Below, piece after piece: positions 14,301 through 27,071 of a stretch of DNA of 64,000 nt. The position numbers and the translations under genes were made by a program. Each line of letters starts with the position of its first letter. Position 1 is the first letter of the stretch. The stretch is from the NCBI GenBank assembly GCA_051362555.1, contig CM120647.1, positions 10,416,001 to 10,480,000 of the forward strand, written 5' to 3'. The notes under the pieces were generated by a model, which worked only from the letters and a program-made list of their open reading frames with translations, was not told where the DNA came from and did not search any database. This DNA comes from Lingula anatina. Lineage: Eukaryota > Animalia > Brachiopoda.

Positions 14301-16807
14301 AATCTATTCACTGTCTAGTGGCAAATTAGATGGCAAGCTTTGTAGTAGGTCGCCATATTTAACCCTCGGACTAGTAAGTCTACTGTTCGGAATGAGCCCT
14401 AATAGTCTAGTGAGATTTTTGAAAAAAGGCTCTGCATAAGAGGCAAGGGGCATTTTGGGGTAAAAGTTGGGAACCAGGCTTATTAGCATAATTTTGGGAT
14501 GCTGAATCCGATTTACCCGGTTCCCAAGCAAAATTTTGCGTTTTTAACGGTCTAATTTGCAAAAATACAAAATGGCCGCCAGATTTCCTATTTTCTGCAA
14601 TACCTCTGGAACTAGACAGGCAAATATGACAAATGAAGTGTCTTTACCTATATTTTCAGGGTCGAGGAACATTATTAAGATGTTTCTGTTAGAATTAGAT
14701 TTACGCAATTTTCCTAAATATGCAAATTAGGATCGCCATTACTGAAAAACCGTTTTACTTCTGTATCTCTGTAACTAGGCAAGCAAACATGACAAATAAA
14801 GTGTCTACACCTATGTTCTCAGGGTCAGGGAATGTGATAAATCAGATTTCTTGTCTTATGGGTAGCACTGACTTTGTGAATCGTGTCCGAGTAGCACATT
14901 TTATTGTTTCTTCCCTGTATCTGTCAAACACAAGTAAATCTGCTGATAGTTAGAACCTGCCTTCAGAACTGCTCTTACGTACGTGTCAGCCAAACTACCA
15001 AAGGTCACTGCATTGTCAGGCTTTCCCAGTGAAATTTTCAGTGCTTGCCCATCAATTATAAGGCAAGGTGAGCAGAGGCGGATCCGGGATCATTTGAAGG
15101 GGGAGTCCGCGGATGCAAAGCCCCCCCCCCCCCCCCCCCCCCCCACTTGGCAACCGGTCAGGGGCCTGTTGAAGGGTCACACAAAATTTTGGTATTTAAG
15201 AGGGCGAATGGTGCCATTTGGTATGGTTTACAACTATGATTCAGCTAGTCAAAATAATAATTTCAAGGGGGGACCAGAATTCGAAGGGGGTGAGGGGGGG
15301 GGGTCAGGGCCTGCATTACGTAATATGTGGCAGTTTCTCTGAGCAGTCCTCTTTGGCTGGTTACAGAATGCGTATAAAAGGGCAGCAGTTCTGCAGAATA
15401 AGTCTCTATATTTCGACAACGTCCAGTCAGAAGAGTTTGATATTTTGCAGACTCTTAGCTGACCTTACGGTATGTGAACTAACGGCAGCAACTTGCCACA
15501 CTATTGTTGCATTATGCCAGAATGGACAGAAGCAAACTGCTATTGCCAGACAGCTGAATGTGTCCCAGGGAGCAGTTTCTAACGTCTTACAGAAACACGC
15601 CCAGACTGGTGCATTAACACAGAGACCACGGCCAGAATGTCTTAAAGTCACCACCAGAAGGGAAGACCCCTTGCTTCTGCGGTTATGTCGCAACAACCGG
15701 ACAAAGACAACTCTTGCTGAACAAAATGAGTGGCAAATTACCATTCAAAGAACTCTAGTGAATGCAAGCTAGCAACATGGTGGGCTAGACGCCATTTGCG
15801 GTTCCAGGCACAGCACTGGGTTCATGTAGATTTTAACAGATGAGGCAGGGTTTGAGTTCCACCACCGCGATGGCTGAATCAGAGTCAGTAGGTTTCCATA
15901 CGAGTTACTGCACGAGGATTGTGTCACACTACAGTGACTTGTGGCCGTGGCAGTATCTGTGTATGGGCCAGTTTCCACTCTGGAGCCAAAACACTATTGG
16001 TGGCAATTGACGGAAACCTCAACCAGATAAAATACAGGGACATTTTAGAGAATACTTGCTTGCAATTTGCAAGAAGGTACTTCCAGGACAACTTCATCCT
16101 GCAAGATGACAATGCCCGACCACACCATGCCCATGCAATAACTGCTTTTCTGCAAAACCAAGAGGTAAACCAGTTGCCTTGGCTGACGAAATTCCCCTGA
16201 CATGAATTCTATAGAAAACCTGTGGGCATAAATCGCTAGCAGAATCAAGAGCTTACCCGTCCACCCTACAAATCGGCACAAGTTAAGGCAAGCTCTGACT
16301 AATGCGTGTAACACAATACTGGATCATACTCTCAGAAACCTCTCTGCATGGAATGAGGGCTCTGGTTGAGGCTGCAGGCATTGTTATCAGTTTCCATTTT
16401 TCACATTTGTATTGATGATTCTTTTGTGTGAGAGAAAATCCTTACCAACTGATATTATTGATAATATCGAGTTCATAAGAATTTTATACCTCGTTATCAG
16501 CTATAAAATTATCCATGCGCTGTTTATAACGCTGATTTGAATATTAAATTATAATTTAAATTATATTTTTGATTATGTTTTCACACGGGTTGCCATATCG
16601 AACACGATAACAAGTGTTTTTTCATCCATTACTAATATATGGGGAAAATTCAAAGAAAATATGTTTGAAAAAAATCCATTTTAAATGTGAAGTCTGTACA
16701 TTGCATCACATGAATTACTTGATTCAGCAAATCCCTCCATTGCATTAATAAGGTAATCTTTTTTAAATCTAGGTAAAAAGGGCAGTCGTGTGATCCAATA
16801 TGTTTAC

Positions 16808-16846
<39 letters not shown>

Positions 16847-19800
16847 CACTTCTTTAAAACCGCGCTACACATGCGTCTCAGCGCTGTTTACATAAAAAAT
16901 ATAACTCCACAGATAAATTAAAGCCAGTATAGACTAAAAACAGAATACTTAAAAATTTTAAAAACTAAAAAGATGCTATAAATTAAAGTATTCTTTAAAT
17001 AAAAAAGTTTTTAAATTCTTCTTAAAACAGTAATATGAGTCATCCAGAGACACATTAGATCTTGTGATAAAATTAGACCATAAAATCGGTGCACAAATCT
17101 CGAAACTTCTGTGTCCATATGTCTTAAGAGTCTTTTTGGTGTCTTTTCGCTTAAGTTGAATTTGTCCACTAGATCGAAGTGATCTGATAGGAGTTAAAAG
17201 TTCTATGGTAGAGTTTAAGTAAAATGGACAGTCGCCCTTTAAAATCTTAAAAGTCAAAAGTAACATCCCAATGGCAGTGCAGTATTTAATTGCAAAATTC
17301 AATTCAGATTCGAATAATTGCTACAGTGTGACAGTGTAGCACTCATTGCTGATTTGATTATAGTGAAAATGTCTTAATCACTTTCCCTAACGCTGAAAAC
17401 ATGGGCGTGGGCACTTCATATGTCATGTTTGCTTGCCTAGTTAACATAAAAGCAGTTCTGGAGGCAGGTTCTAACTATCAGCAGATTGACTTGTGTTTGA
17501 CAGATACAGGGAAGAAACAATAGAAGATGCTACTCGGACAAGATTCACAAAGTCATTGCTACCCATAAGACAAGACATCTGATTTATCACATTCCCTGAC
17601 CCTGAGAACATAGGTGTAGACACTTCATTTGTCATGTTTGCTTGCCTAGTTATAGAGATACAGAAGTAAAACAGTTTTTCAGCAATGGCGATCCTAATTT
17701 GCATATTTAGGAAAATTGCGTAAGTCTAATTCTAACAGAAACATCTTAATAATGTTCCTCGACCCTGAAAATATAGGTAAAGACACTTCATTTGTCATGT
17801 TCACCTGTCTAGTCCCAGAGATATTGCAGAAAATAGGAAATCTGGCGGCCATTTTGTTTTTTTGCAAATTAGACCGTTAAAAACGCAAAATTTCGCTTGG
17901 GAACCGGGTAAATCGGATTCAGCATCCCAAAATTATGCTAATAAGCCTGGTTCCCAACTTTTACCCCAAAATGCCCCTACTATTCATCTTTTGTGGAAAT
18001 CCCACTAGACTATAAGACCTCATTCCCATAGAAAACATCAGTCTACATGGGTTGACCCAATGCTGCAGGAATTCTCGCAGATTGCAGTCATGTTAACAGA
18101 TTAACATGCATTGCCCTGGTGTTAAATAGAATACAGAGAAACTGGTGGTTATACAGGTACATTGGAAACAAATGAGGCGTGTCATTCAATTAAGCTGATT
18201 GCACTTGAGAGCCCCGGCACAGTTATGTTGATCTACGAAGACTGATGGTGTGTCTTTGAGAATGGGGTTTTAAGTTCTTTTGCTTCAAGGTTGAAATGCA
18301 CAGACTGAGTACGTACTAGTATGTGTGAGGTAATTGGGATAAAGGACAGAGGATAAAATACCTGACAACTTCTTTACCTGGTACTACAAGGCCAGTAAAG
18401 TGGTTTCTTTTGCCATTTCAAGGTTGAAATGCACAGGCAGCGCACAAACATACAATGTGCGTGTATACACATTCATATATCAGGGATGAGATTTTTCTGA
18501 CTTTTGGCAGATTTCTTACTTTTTGGGAGCCAAAAATAAAGAAAAAATTAAAATAAAAAATGAAAATAAAATAAGCAGATTTCTGGCTTTTTGAAAGTCA
18601 ATATTACCATTAGCCTGGACGTCCCCTGGCCCCCATGCCGTATTTTTCTAGCTTTTTCGCTAAATGGCAGCCTTATCTTGGTATATTCAAAAACACCTTG
18701 CAAAGTTTGGTAATAGTGGGACACATCCCCCCCCCCTTTCCCGTCCTGCCAGCAGATGGTGCCACTGGTCAAGATACACCCACCACCACAACTGAACAAG
18801 ACGAATGCACATTTCCTGTGAATACATTGTCCATTCATTCCATTCCAGTCAAATCCCTCCCCATTCACTGCGTGGTAGAGCACATCCAGAGCCCGGTGCC
18901 ACCAGACGGCGCTGCTGCCCAAGACGCACCTGACACCACCATTGAACAAGATGGATATGCCATCCTGGCCAGTAACACTCCCTTCCATGACATTGTGGTG
19001 ACGGCACTGCTCAAACTGGGCTACAATTCACTGGACGCAATGTCTGCTAAAGGTGGGTAGAGACAGGAGATCACTGGCACCTACTAGTAGAGGTAGTTCT
19101 GACATTTATTTATTAAAAATATCATTGAATTTCTTATTTTGATGTTTCGTTTTCACTTATCCTTTTGACATTTTTATATTGATTAAAAAGTTAAAAATAT
19201 ATTGATGAATTACAATACGTATATAAATAGATAAATAAATGAATAGATGAATAAATTAGTTTATTTATTTATTTATTTTTTATTTTATTTTATTTTTTTT
19301 TTTTTTTGTTCAGCCAAATCACTGATTTTACTGTTACAGTACATCAATTGCATAATTTGCAAGCATGCATAAATTTTAAAGAAAAAGTTAATTTTTTTGT
19401 TTAAGTGAATACTTTATATGTCATACATTTTGATATGATTATGATGTATAAAGGGTACCTATTGTACTGATTTTGTGAGGAAAAAAAAAGATGAGAAAAG
19501 AAACTGGCTATTTCTATATAAGATAAATAAGCCAAATCTGTCTCATCATTAATTGACTTACTACACAGTCAGTTGTTGTACGGTAGGGATGAGGTGGTGG
19601 TTTATTGGGTATGATTGATTATTGACGGAACAAAGGGCTCATTGTGAGGGGGCTGTGAGAGACCATGATGGCGTGACAGAGTTTTTGTCAATACGGTGAC
19701 TTTCATAAAGGTGGAATGATAATAAGTGTGTATTAGCACAGGGGATTGGGGGGGGGGGGGGCTGGGAGGGGGGAAGGGAGAGGTAATAATATTAATTAAA

Positions 19801-20237
19801 AATCAATCAAGTTTATTCAATTTTTTACAATTTTACAATTTTATTTATACAATTTTATTGTGTATAAAATTGTATTATGAAATGCACATAAAACGGAAAT
19901 TGTTTTACCATCTGGGTTGTAAGGAAGATGAAAATATAATAGAAATAAAAGAATACCAGCAGAAATTAAAATAAAGAATAAGAGTCATTGCTGAAATTAC
20001 AATGTTTTGCTATTAAAAAGAGATGTAACGGTTGGGTAAAAGCTTTTGGATAAAAATGTTTGCTTTTTCTGTATTTAGGTGTTGTCGTTGTCAGTTGTAT
20101 AAGTGTATTTGTAAGAGTTAGATAAAAATGCTGGTGAATTGTTTGTATTTATTTATTTATTTTCTTGAGCTGAAATTGAATAAGTGGGGCAAGAAAGCTA
20201 CTGATTCAGAAAGATGTTATAGGAAATATTATCATAT

Positions 20238-20296
<59 letters not shown>

Positions 20297-21799
20297 TAAA
20301 TATAAAGTATTAGCATCTTGTATTTTCTTTCTTTCTTTCTTTCTTTCTTTATTTATTTATTTATTCTTTAATAACATTAACAAAAAGTACCACAAATTTT
20401 TCCATAGCATTAAAGTTCACCTGTCAGCTCTGATCTCTTGACTATTGGCAAGGACATCCATCTCCTTTGATAATGTCACACAAATTGCAGCGTCATGTCA
20501 CTTGGTGTGACACTGTGTGAATTGGCGGCAGTGTCGGGCTGATGTGAACCTGGGATTACCCCTTGTCCTACTCCTTTCCTATTACCTAAGTTTCGTACAT
20601 GGCCTTTTTACCCCCCCCTTACTTTGTCTACTGTGACCTCTCCTTGTCGTCTAACAAGTGACATTTGCTATATTAGATGTAGCAAGCTATCATTTGGGAG
20701 CTTTTTTCATTGAATCTCAACTGAGTGTGGCTTTAACCAAGTCAATGCCTTTGGTTTATTGGTTGTAATGATCACTTTTATGGGAGTGAAGCAATTTAAA
20801 GAACAAAGACCAGTGGCAGTTCATAGGCTTTGAGGTGGCTTTGGATGAGGTCAGATATGGTATATTATTATTGTTTTTTTATTACTGCAGGGGTGTTTTA
20901 TTTGTGTTTATACTTTTTAAATGGTATGTGAGAGGGTATTCAGTATAAAATACATTACTTTTAGAGAACATGAAAATGACAGAAATATGTCAAGCAGGCA
21001 GATATACTCTGCTTTCCTCTTTACTCTTTATTTACCTTTATAATTTTTTAAAAAATGAATTTTAATTTTATTTATAGTGTAAAAGTAAGTTAAAAAATGT
21101 ACCAGTAAAAAACAGGTTGAAGCCAAAGCTAATATGTAGATCACCTTAACCCTGGGTTTGTTGTCACAAAGCATCTGCTTTTCACAGGTAAATTATTGAA
21201 AGCCTCTTCAGTACAATTTCAATATCATCAATTAACCCCCCTTCCTGGGTGTCCTGTATATTATTCGTTCTCCCAAACCTGTCTGGCAGGTTAAGTCAGA
21301 TCTGGGAACTGATACAGACTCAACGATGGACCTAATCACAGACTTAATGACGGAGTTCCCCAAAGTTGATCAGATCTCTAGATTACAATCCAGGTGACAG
21401 AATGGGTGAGTTAGTTTGTGGATAATCCCTCAGCTCTACCTCTGTGTGTTTGTCTCACCTGGCTTTCAGTAAGACAGGAAGATGTAAATGGGCTGGACTC
21501 GTCTTAATTTTATCAATTTGGGAACAGCAGGGGGGTTGGGGAGGAGGAGGTGCCACCTGAGTTTTCTGTCTTAAATCTCAACCTCTTCTTTCTTCTAAGT
21601 AGAATGTTGTAACAAACTGTTTTTAGCAGCTGGATTGGCTTATTGTCTTTCTTCACTTTTCCCCACTTTGATGCATTTCATAATTATCAGAAAAACATGA
21701 CATTTTTTTCCCTCTTTTTCTCCAGATTATCATATAAGGCATGTGCAGCATTATATCATGTGTTTGGGCATAAAGACAACCTCTCTCTCTCTCTCTCTC

Positions 21800-21830
<31 letters not shown>

Positions 21831-24800
21831 GATTTTATTCTTGCAATACTGAAACAAAGTGAATAAACAAACATACCGCAACAACAACATAAACATGTTT
21901 TTGTTACCTCCCCTCCAATCAAAACTCAAAATATAAAAAAATATATTGAATTGCCTAAGGTATGATTGTACATTTAACAAGAAACTTGGACTGATGCCCT
22001 TATTGAAAAAAAAATGTGACACTTAAACATACATGTTAATTACCACAGGAAAGGAGCAATTTGAATTTCATTTGAATTTCATTAATTTGCAAAATAAGTG
22101 TAAGTAATAGTAAACTTCCTGTCTCATTCTGTTGAAAAAAATAAACAGGATATACCTGTATCAACAGCTATAATTATGCTAATTGGAATGTTGGCATACT
22201 GGGGAAAGGTGAGTAGTGATTTTCCAGATTATCCAGATTAGAAACTTGATTAGGAGGGTGGTGATGATAAAGATGCCATTTCTGAAAATTCAGTTAATTG
22301 AATTGATCAGTAGTGTTTGAAATACAATTTTATAAATCAGAAAAAAAGTATTTACAAGTTGGGATAAATAAACAATATTTTACCCCTTGGCTAAAACAGA
22401 AATATTTCAAAAGTTCAAAAAACAGGTTTATTGAAGTTGTTTACTTCAATTGAGGTACATCCTTATTGCTGTGCAGAAGGAGATGGCTCTGTTACCTGGA
22501 GTTTAGAATGATATATTTAGTATATTGAACTTAACCATATGCTTTGGAAGAGAGCTTTGTAGGTGACTGATTACCGTGTTACAAAAGTCTTCAACTTTCT
22601 GATGAGTTAGTGACAGACTTAATTGATGTTTTTCATTCCAAAATCTTTATTTAATTGCTTGTCAGGAAGTTCAGGTGTCATTGTCTTTAGTTTAAATACT
22701 TGGAGGACACCTGGGCCTTCTGTTGATTTATTTATAACATGAGACTCAAGTGGCAGATTCGGTGTTATTGTTTTGATTATTTACACAACGATGGCCATAT
22801 GACCAATCTGTTGATTATGCTCATTTTTCAGGTAGGGTCTTCGCCGACTATTAATGCTTTGTTCAGAGATGACCAATGTTACAGATTTGTTTGTCACACT
22901 GGTTTACTGATATCACATTAGATGACGTAACACTTTGTGTGCAGATGAGCATGTTACTGATTTGTTTGGCATGCAATTTTTAACTACTTATCTCCTCATC
23001 ATTATACAGATGCCAGGGCCTAAATGTAAGCTTGTGTTTTGTGATCTACTGCATGCTTTTATTGACAAGTAAACATAATCATCATAATTATGCATTATCA
23101 GGGCCACAAGGAGTTGGGTAAGGGCCCTGGTGCTGCAGATGGACAGTGACAGGTAGCTAGATGATTTACCTGGATTAGTGGAAAGGGGACACCCTCTTGC
23201 ACACTGGTGTGAGTGAAAAATCTTCTGGACACTGGAATGTAAACTCTTAGCACAGAAAAAAAATCTATGGCCTTGGAAAAGGGATGTGTAAAATTAAGTT
23301 GTGAATAGATTTTTCACATTTGGAAATGTACAGAATTTAAAAAAAATGCTGCGATACAAAAAAAGCCATTTTTGATAGGCAGATTGAAACACACATGAAA
23401 TAGTCAATAAAATAATGCATGAGAAGGAACAAACAGTACAATAAAAATATCTTATCAAGCCATTGTGCTTCTATTCAGTTTCAAGAAAACTCTGGGTTAA
23501 AAACCCAAAACCATATTATAACTCTAATATAATGTGTCCAGGTCCCCTCTGTGGAAGAGGATAATAGATACAAGATAACTCCCAGATGTTGGACAAGGTA
23601 TTTAAGATCAAAGAGATATGGGAACAAAACTCTAACCACCCACCTCCAGCAGGGGGGGAGGGGGAGGAGGGGGACTTGCTAACAATAGGAGGAATTCCCC
23701 AGCTCAGGTAGATAATAGGTATAATATCCTGGTCAGTGGAAAATGACCAGTGTCCTGGGGAGGACTTAATCTGCCTATTGGACAGTAAGGGGATGAAGGT
23801 AGTGGCCTTAATTACATTGTTGGTGTAATTATTGGACTTGTGCTGAAGAAGTGGCATTGTTGTGTTTTGATTGTGGCTGGAGACTGGTTGATTAGAAGAC
23901 ACTGCGTTTTATATTGAGGGCTCAGAACCAGTGGATGTCTTCAGAGTGAGAAGATGAACAGTTCAGTTCTCTGTTAGGTTCTTTAGGATTCTGCTTCGTA
24001 GATTACTAGGTTGGACTGAACATTGAGGAATTGATAAGGTGAGTTTTTGTCAGGGATTGTACTGGACAGGTATAGAAAGATGGCTTGGTGTATGTGTATC
24101 TATTTATTTGAGTACTGACGAAGAAAAAAAGTTAGATAGGTGTGAAATTATTTTAAATAAGGGTCAAATATGGAAAATACTTTTAAAAAATCTTGTTGGG
24201 GTGTTTTAGTGTTTTCATACACGGAAATATTTTCATGACACAAAAAAATAATTATATGACTTATATGTCCAGTAGGGACAGTAGTTTTTAAGATAAACTG
24301 CGATTTCCCATTATCTTCAAGTAGATATATAGGATGTGAACCTTTGCTGGTGATTGATAATAAGTAGACTAACGTACAAATTCAAAACACCAGTAGAAAT
24401 CCATAAGATTTTGTCCCTTGCATGCATGTCTTCATTTATCGTCTTTTTGATGAGATAGGGTCAAATTGATAGTTGAAATTTATGCTGTATAATGGTAAGA
24501 AATGTTGCTTTTGCAGGGAAGTTATCTGTTCTTTGTCAATTAAGATGAGTGATCAGTGCTTGTAGTCAGTGTAGCATGATCCACATAGTAAAAGAGGGTT
24601 GTGTTCATAGGGTTAATGTCCAGGAAAAAGTTCAAATAGTAAATTTAATAGTCACCTTTAAGAAGTACGAGTTTTTAAAAGTTGAAATAAATCTGAAAAA
24701 TGAAAGAAAATATCCATAGGTGGTACTGCCAAACCCAATGTAAGGGGAAAGATATATTTAAAGACCACATATGAAAAAGATACTTCAATTGTGAAAAAAA

Positions 24801-26989
24801 AAAATGTTAAATTTTTGTGTTTCTCAACTTGTATGTAAATGTTAAGATTCACTGCCAAAGGTACTGGGCATACCTTTTCTTATTGAAGTCCACTAAAAAT
24901 GAGTTGTCCCTGGTACAAAATGAAGAGTTTTAACATGGTGACCTATGACTGAACCAGAGAATGACATGAGCCTATCATTTACCTGGGGAATACATAGCTC
25001 ACCTAAAGTGTAGACAGGTCATTTTTTCACAAAACAATAGGATGGGTTTTACTTAAGTGTTGTAAGCTTAATCTTCATGTGTTGATGTGTGTTTACAGTG
25101 AAGATAGGCCAGTTTAAACCAAGCTTGACACATCTATTTTGCAGTCTGTGTGGCCATTGTAAAGATACACATTGTAAATAATTTATATAATTAAAAAATA
25201 AAGAATTTTGCTTTAAAACTAAAAGAGGTGGCTATAAGCCCCTAGGTCTCAGTTGTTTAGTCATCTTTGTCAAAATTATGATTAAAACTCAAACAGCAAT
25301 ATAAGGACATACATAGGATTGTTTCACTGGAGTTACCAATACAATAGAATACCTGCAAATTCATATCAACCAATCATGTAGATAAACCAGTCAAGCTGTT
25401 AAGGAGGTCAAAGTTGGCATTTTCTCCAGGTGATAAGGATGCAAATGACTTAATCTGTTGTTAATCAATGATCAGGCAATTAACTTGATGACATCCACAG
25501 TGTCAAACAGACAGGTGACACATGTCAGTCATTATCTGGACACCTGACAGTTTTACTGGGGACAGCTTGAATGTCTGATGAACCCTATAAAAGAGAGGAC
25601 TTCTCTGAGATCTGGTCATTACCAGCTCAGCAGTGGAGAAGTAAGGGTCACAGAGACAGCTCTCTATGTTTTAATGTGTATTGAATTATAATGTGTGTTT
25701 GCCTTGCAGGTGATACTTGCATCTAGACTGAGACTTTCAGATAATTTAAGTCATATTACTTTTTAAGTGTTTCAGACTCCATTAGGCAACAGGGATTGTG
25801 CAAAGTCCCATATTTTTTGGAATTATTATTGTTTTTTTTTTTATAATGAATTTTTAATTGATATTTAACAATGTTTTATTATTTCAGGTGCTATTCAGAT
25901 CAAGAACTGGAAGCCTCTGGCGTTTGATACTATAACTGAGAACAAGGAGGCCACCATAGACCAGATTCTGGGGGAACTGACCAACATAGCCACACTGAGG
26001 ATTAAAATCTCAAGGTAGGAACAGTACTATGTTATCTATGGATAGGGATAGGTTTTTTCATACCAGAGTTTCAGAGACTAAGGGAAACTTTTTCACCCAA
26101 AACTGTGACAGGTTGTGAAAAGTGAGGACCATAAGGAAATACTGGCAACTTGAGTATGTAGGCTGTCAGAAACACATATGACTCAGTTTACCAACTAAAG
26201 ATTATTGCTTGAAATTGTTTTCTCAGTCCCTCTCCAACGGTTACCTGCTTTAGAAACCAAAAGTTTCCCTATCATAATTGTTTCACCACAAGACAGTAAG
26301 AAACTTTTTAAGTCAAAGAAAAAAGAGTGGTATCTCTTTTACTTCAAGCCATAAGCATTTGTGTTTTATTCATGCTTTTTGCGCATAGTGTCAAGTGGGT
26401 TAAACTTAGTTTATTACCCCCTTCTAGTGCCAACTATGGTAATGAATGGCACTGGGATATCTTGTTAATAATCTGAATATTTTCATCTATTAAGGGTTCA
26501 TTTTTCCCTTTCTGTAACATGATAGGATGTTTTTTTTTTCTGAGATTAATTTTGGTTAATGGTGATTTCAATCAAAAGCAATCATTTATACCATCAAGTT
26601 GGTGCTCTTCATATCTTGACGTGTGCTCCCACCCTCCCGATTGTTACATGCTTGAAATATAAAATTGTGTATCAAGGCAGTTACTGGTTTGATGAATATT
26701 TACTATTGGACCACATTTATCCTACTATCATCGTCAACTGAAGCAACATTGCACGATTCAGGAGAGTAAGATGCTTTATCCGGTCGGCCATTTTGAGTTC
26801 CCTTCCTACTTTCAGTACTGACAACACCCCGTGTAACCCGTCCTCTTCCTCGCCCTCCTCCTCCTTGTCATCAACAACATCATCACCAGACATCCAGGAC
26901 AAGCTGCTCCGGTTGTTGTTGTCATACTCTCAGGAATTGCTGCTGTCTTCTGGATGTCCACTTGATAAGGTAGACTACTTCAGAAATCT

Positions 26990-27071
<82 letters not shown>

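Larger units (their letters stand above)
14403..18012. mobile_element. Foldback-type DNA transposon with ~570-bp TIRs and nested TE cargo
   Basis: 14403-14975 is a near-perfect inverted copy of ~17450-18012 (the ORF track shows mirror ORFs 14720+ and 17471-). Termini TAGTCTAGTG...CACTAGACTA are flanked by TAA/TAA. Confidence 0.9.

Noticed and set aside
15218-16200. Possible active transposase mobilising the foldback element
   Set aside because: It has multiple frameshifts and stops, and its own TIRs were not identifiable; treated as a dead nested remnant.
14720-17704. Twin 77-aa ORFs on opposite strands suggesting a duplicated small gene
   Set aside because: They are the two arms of the foldback transposon's TIRs.
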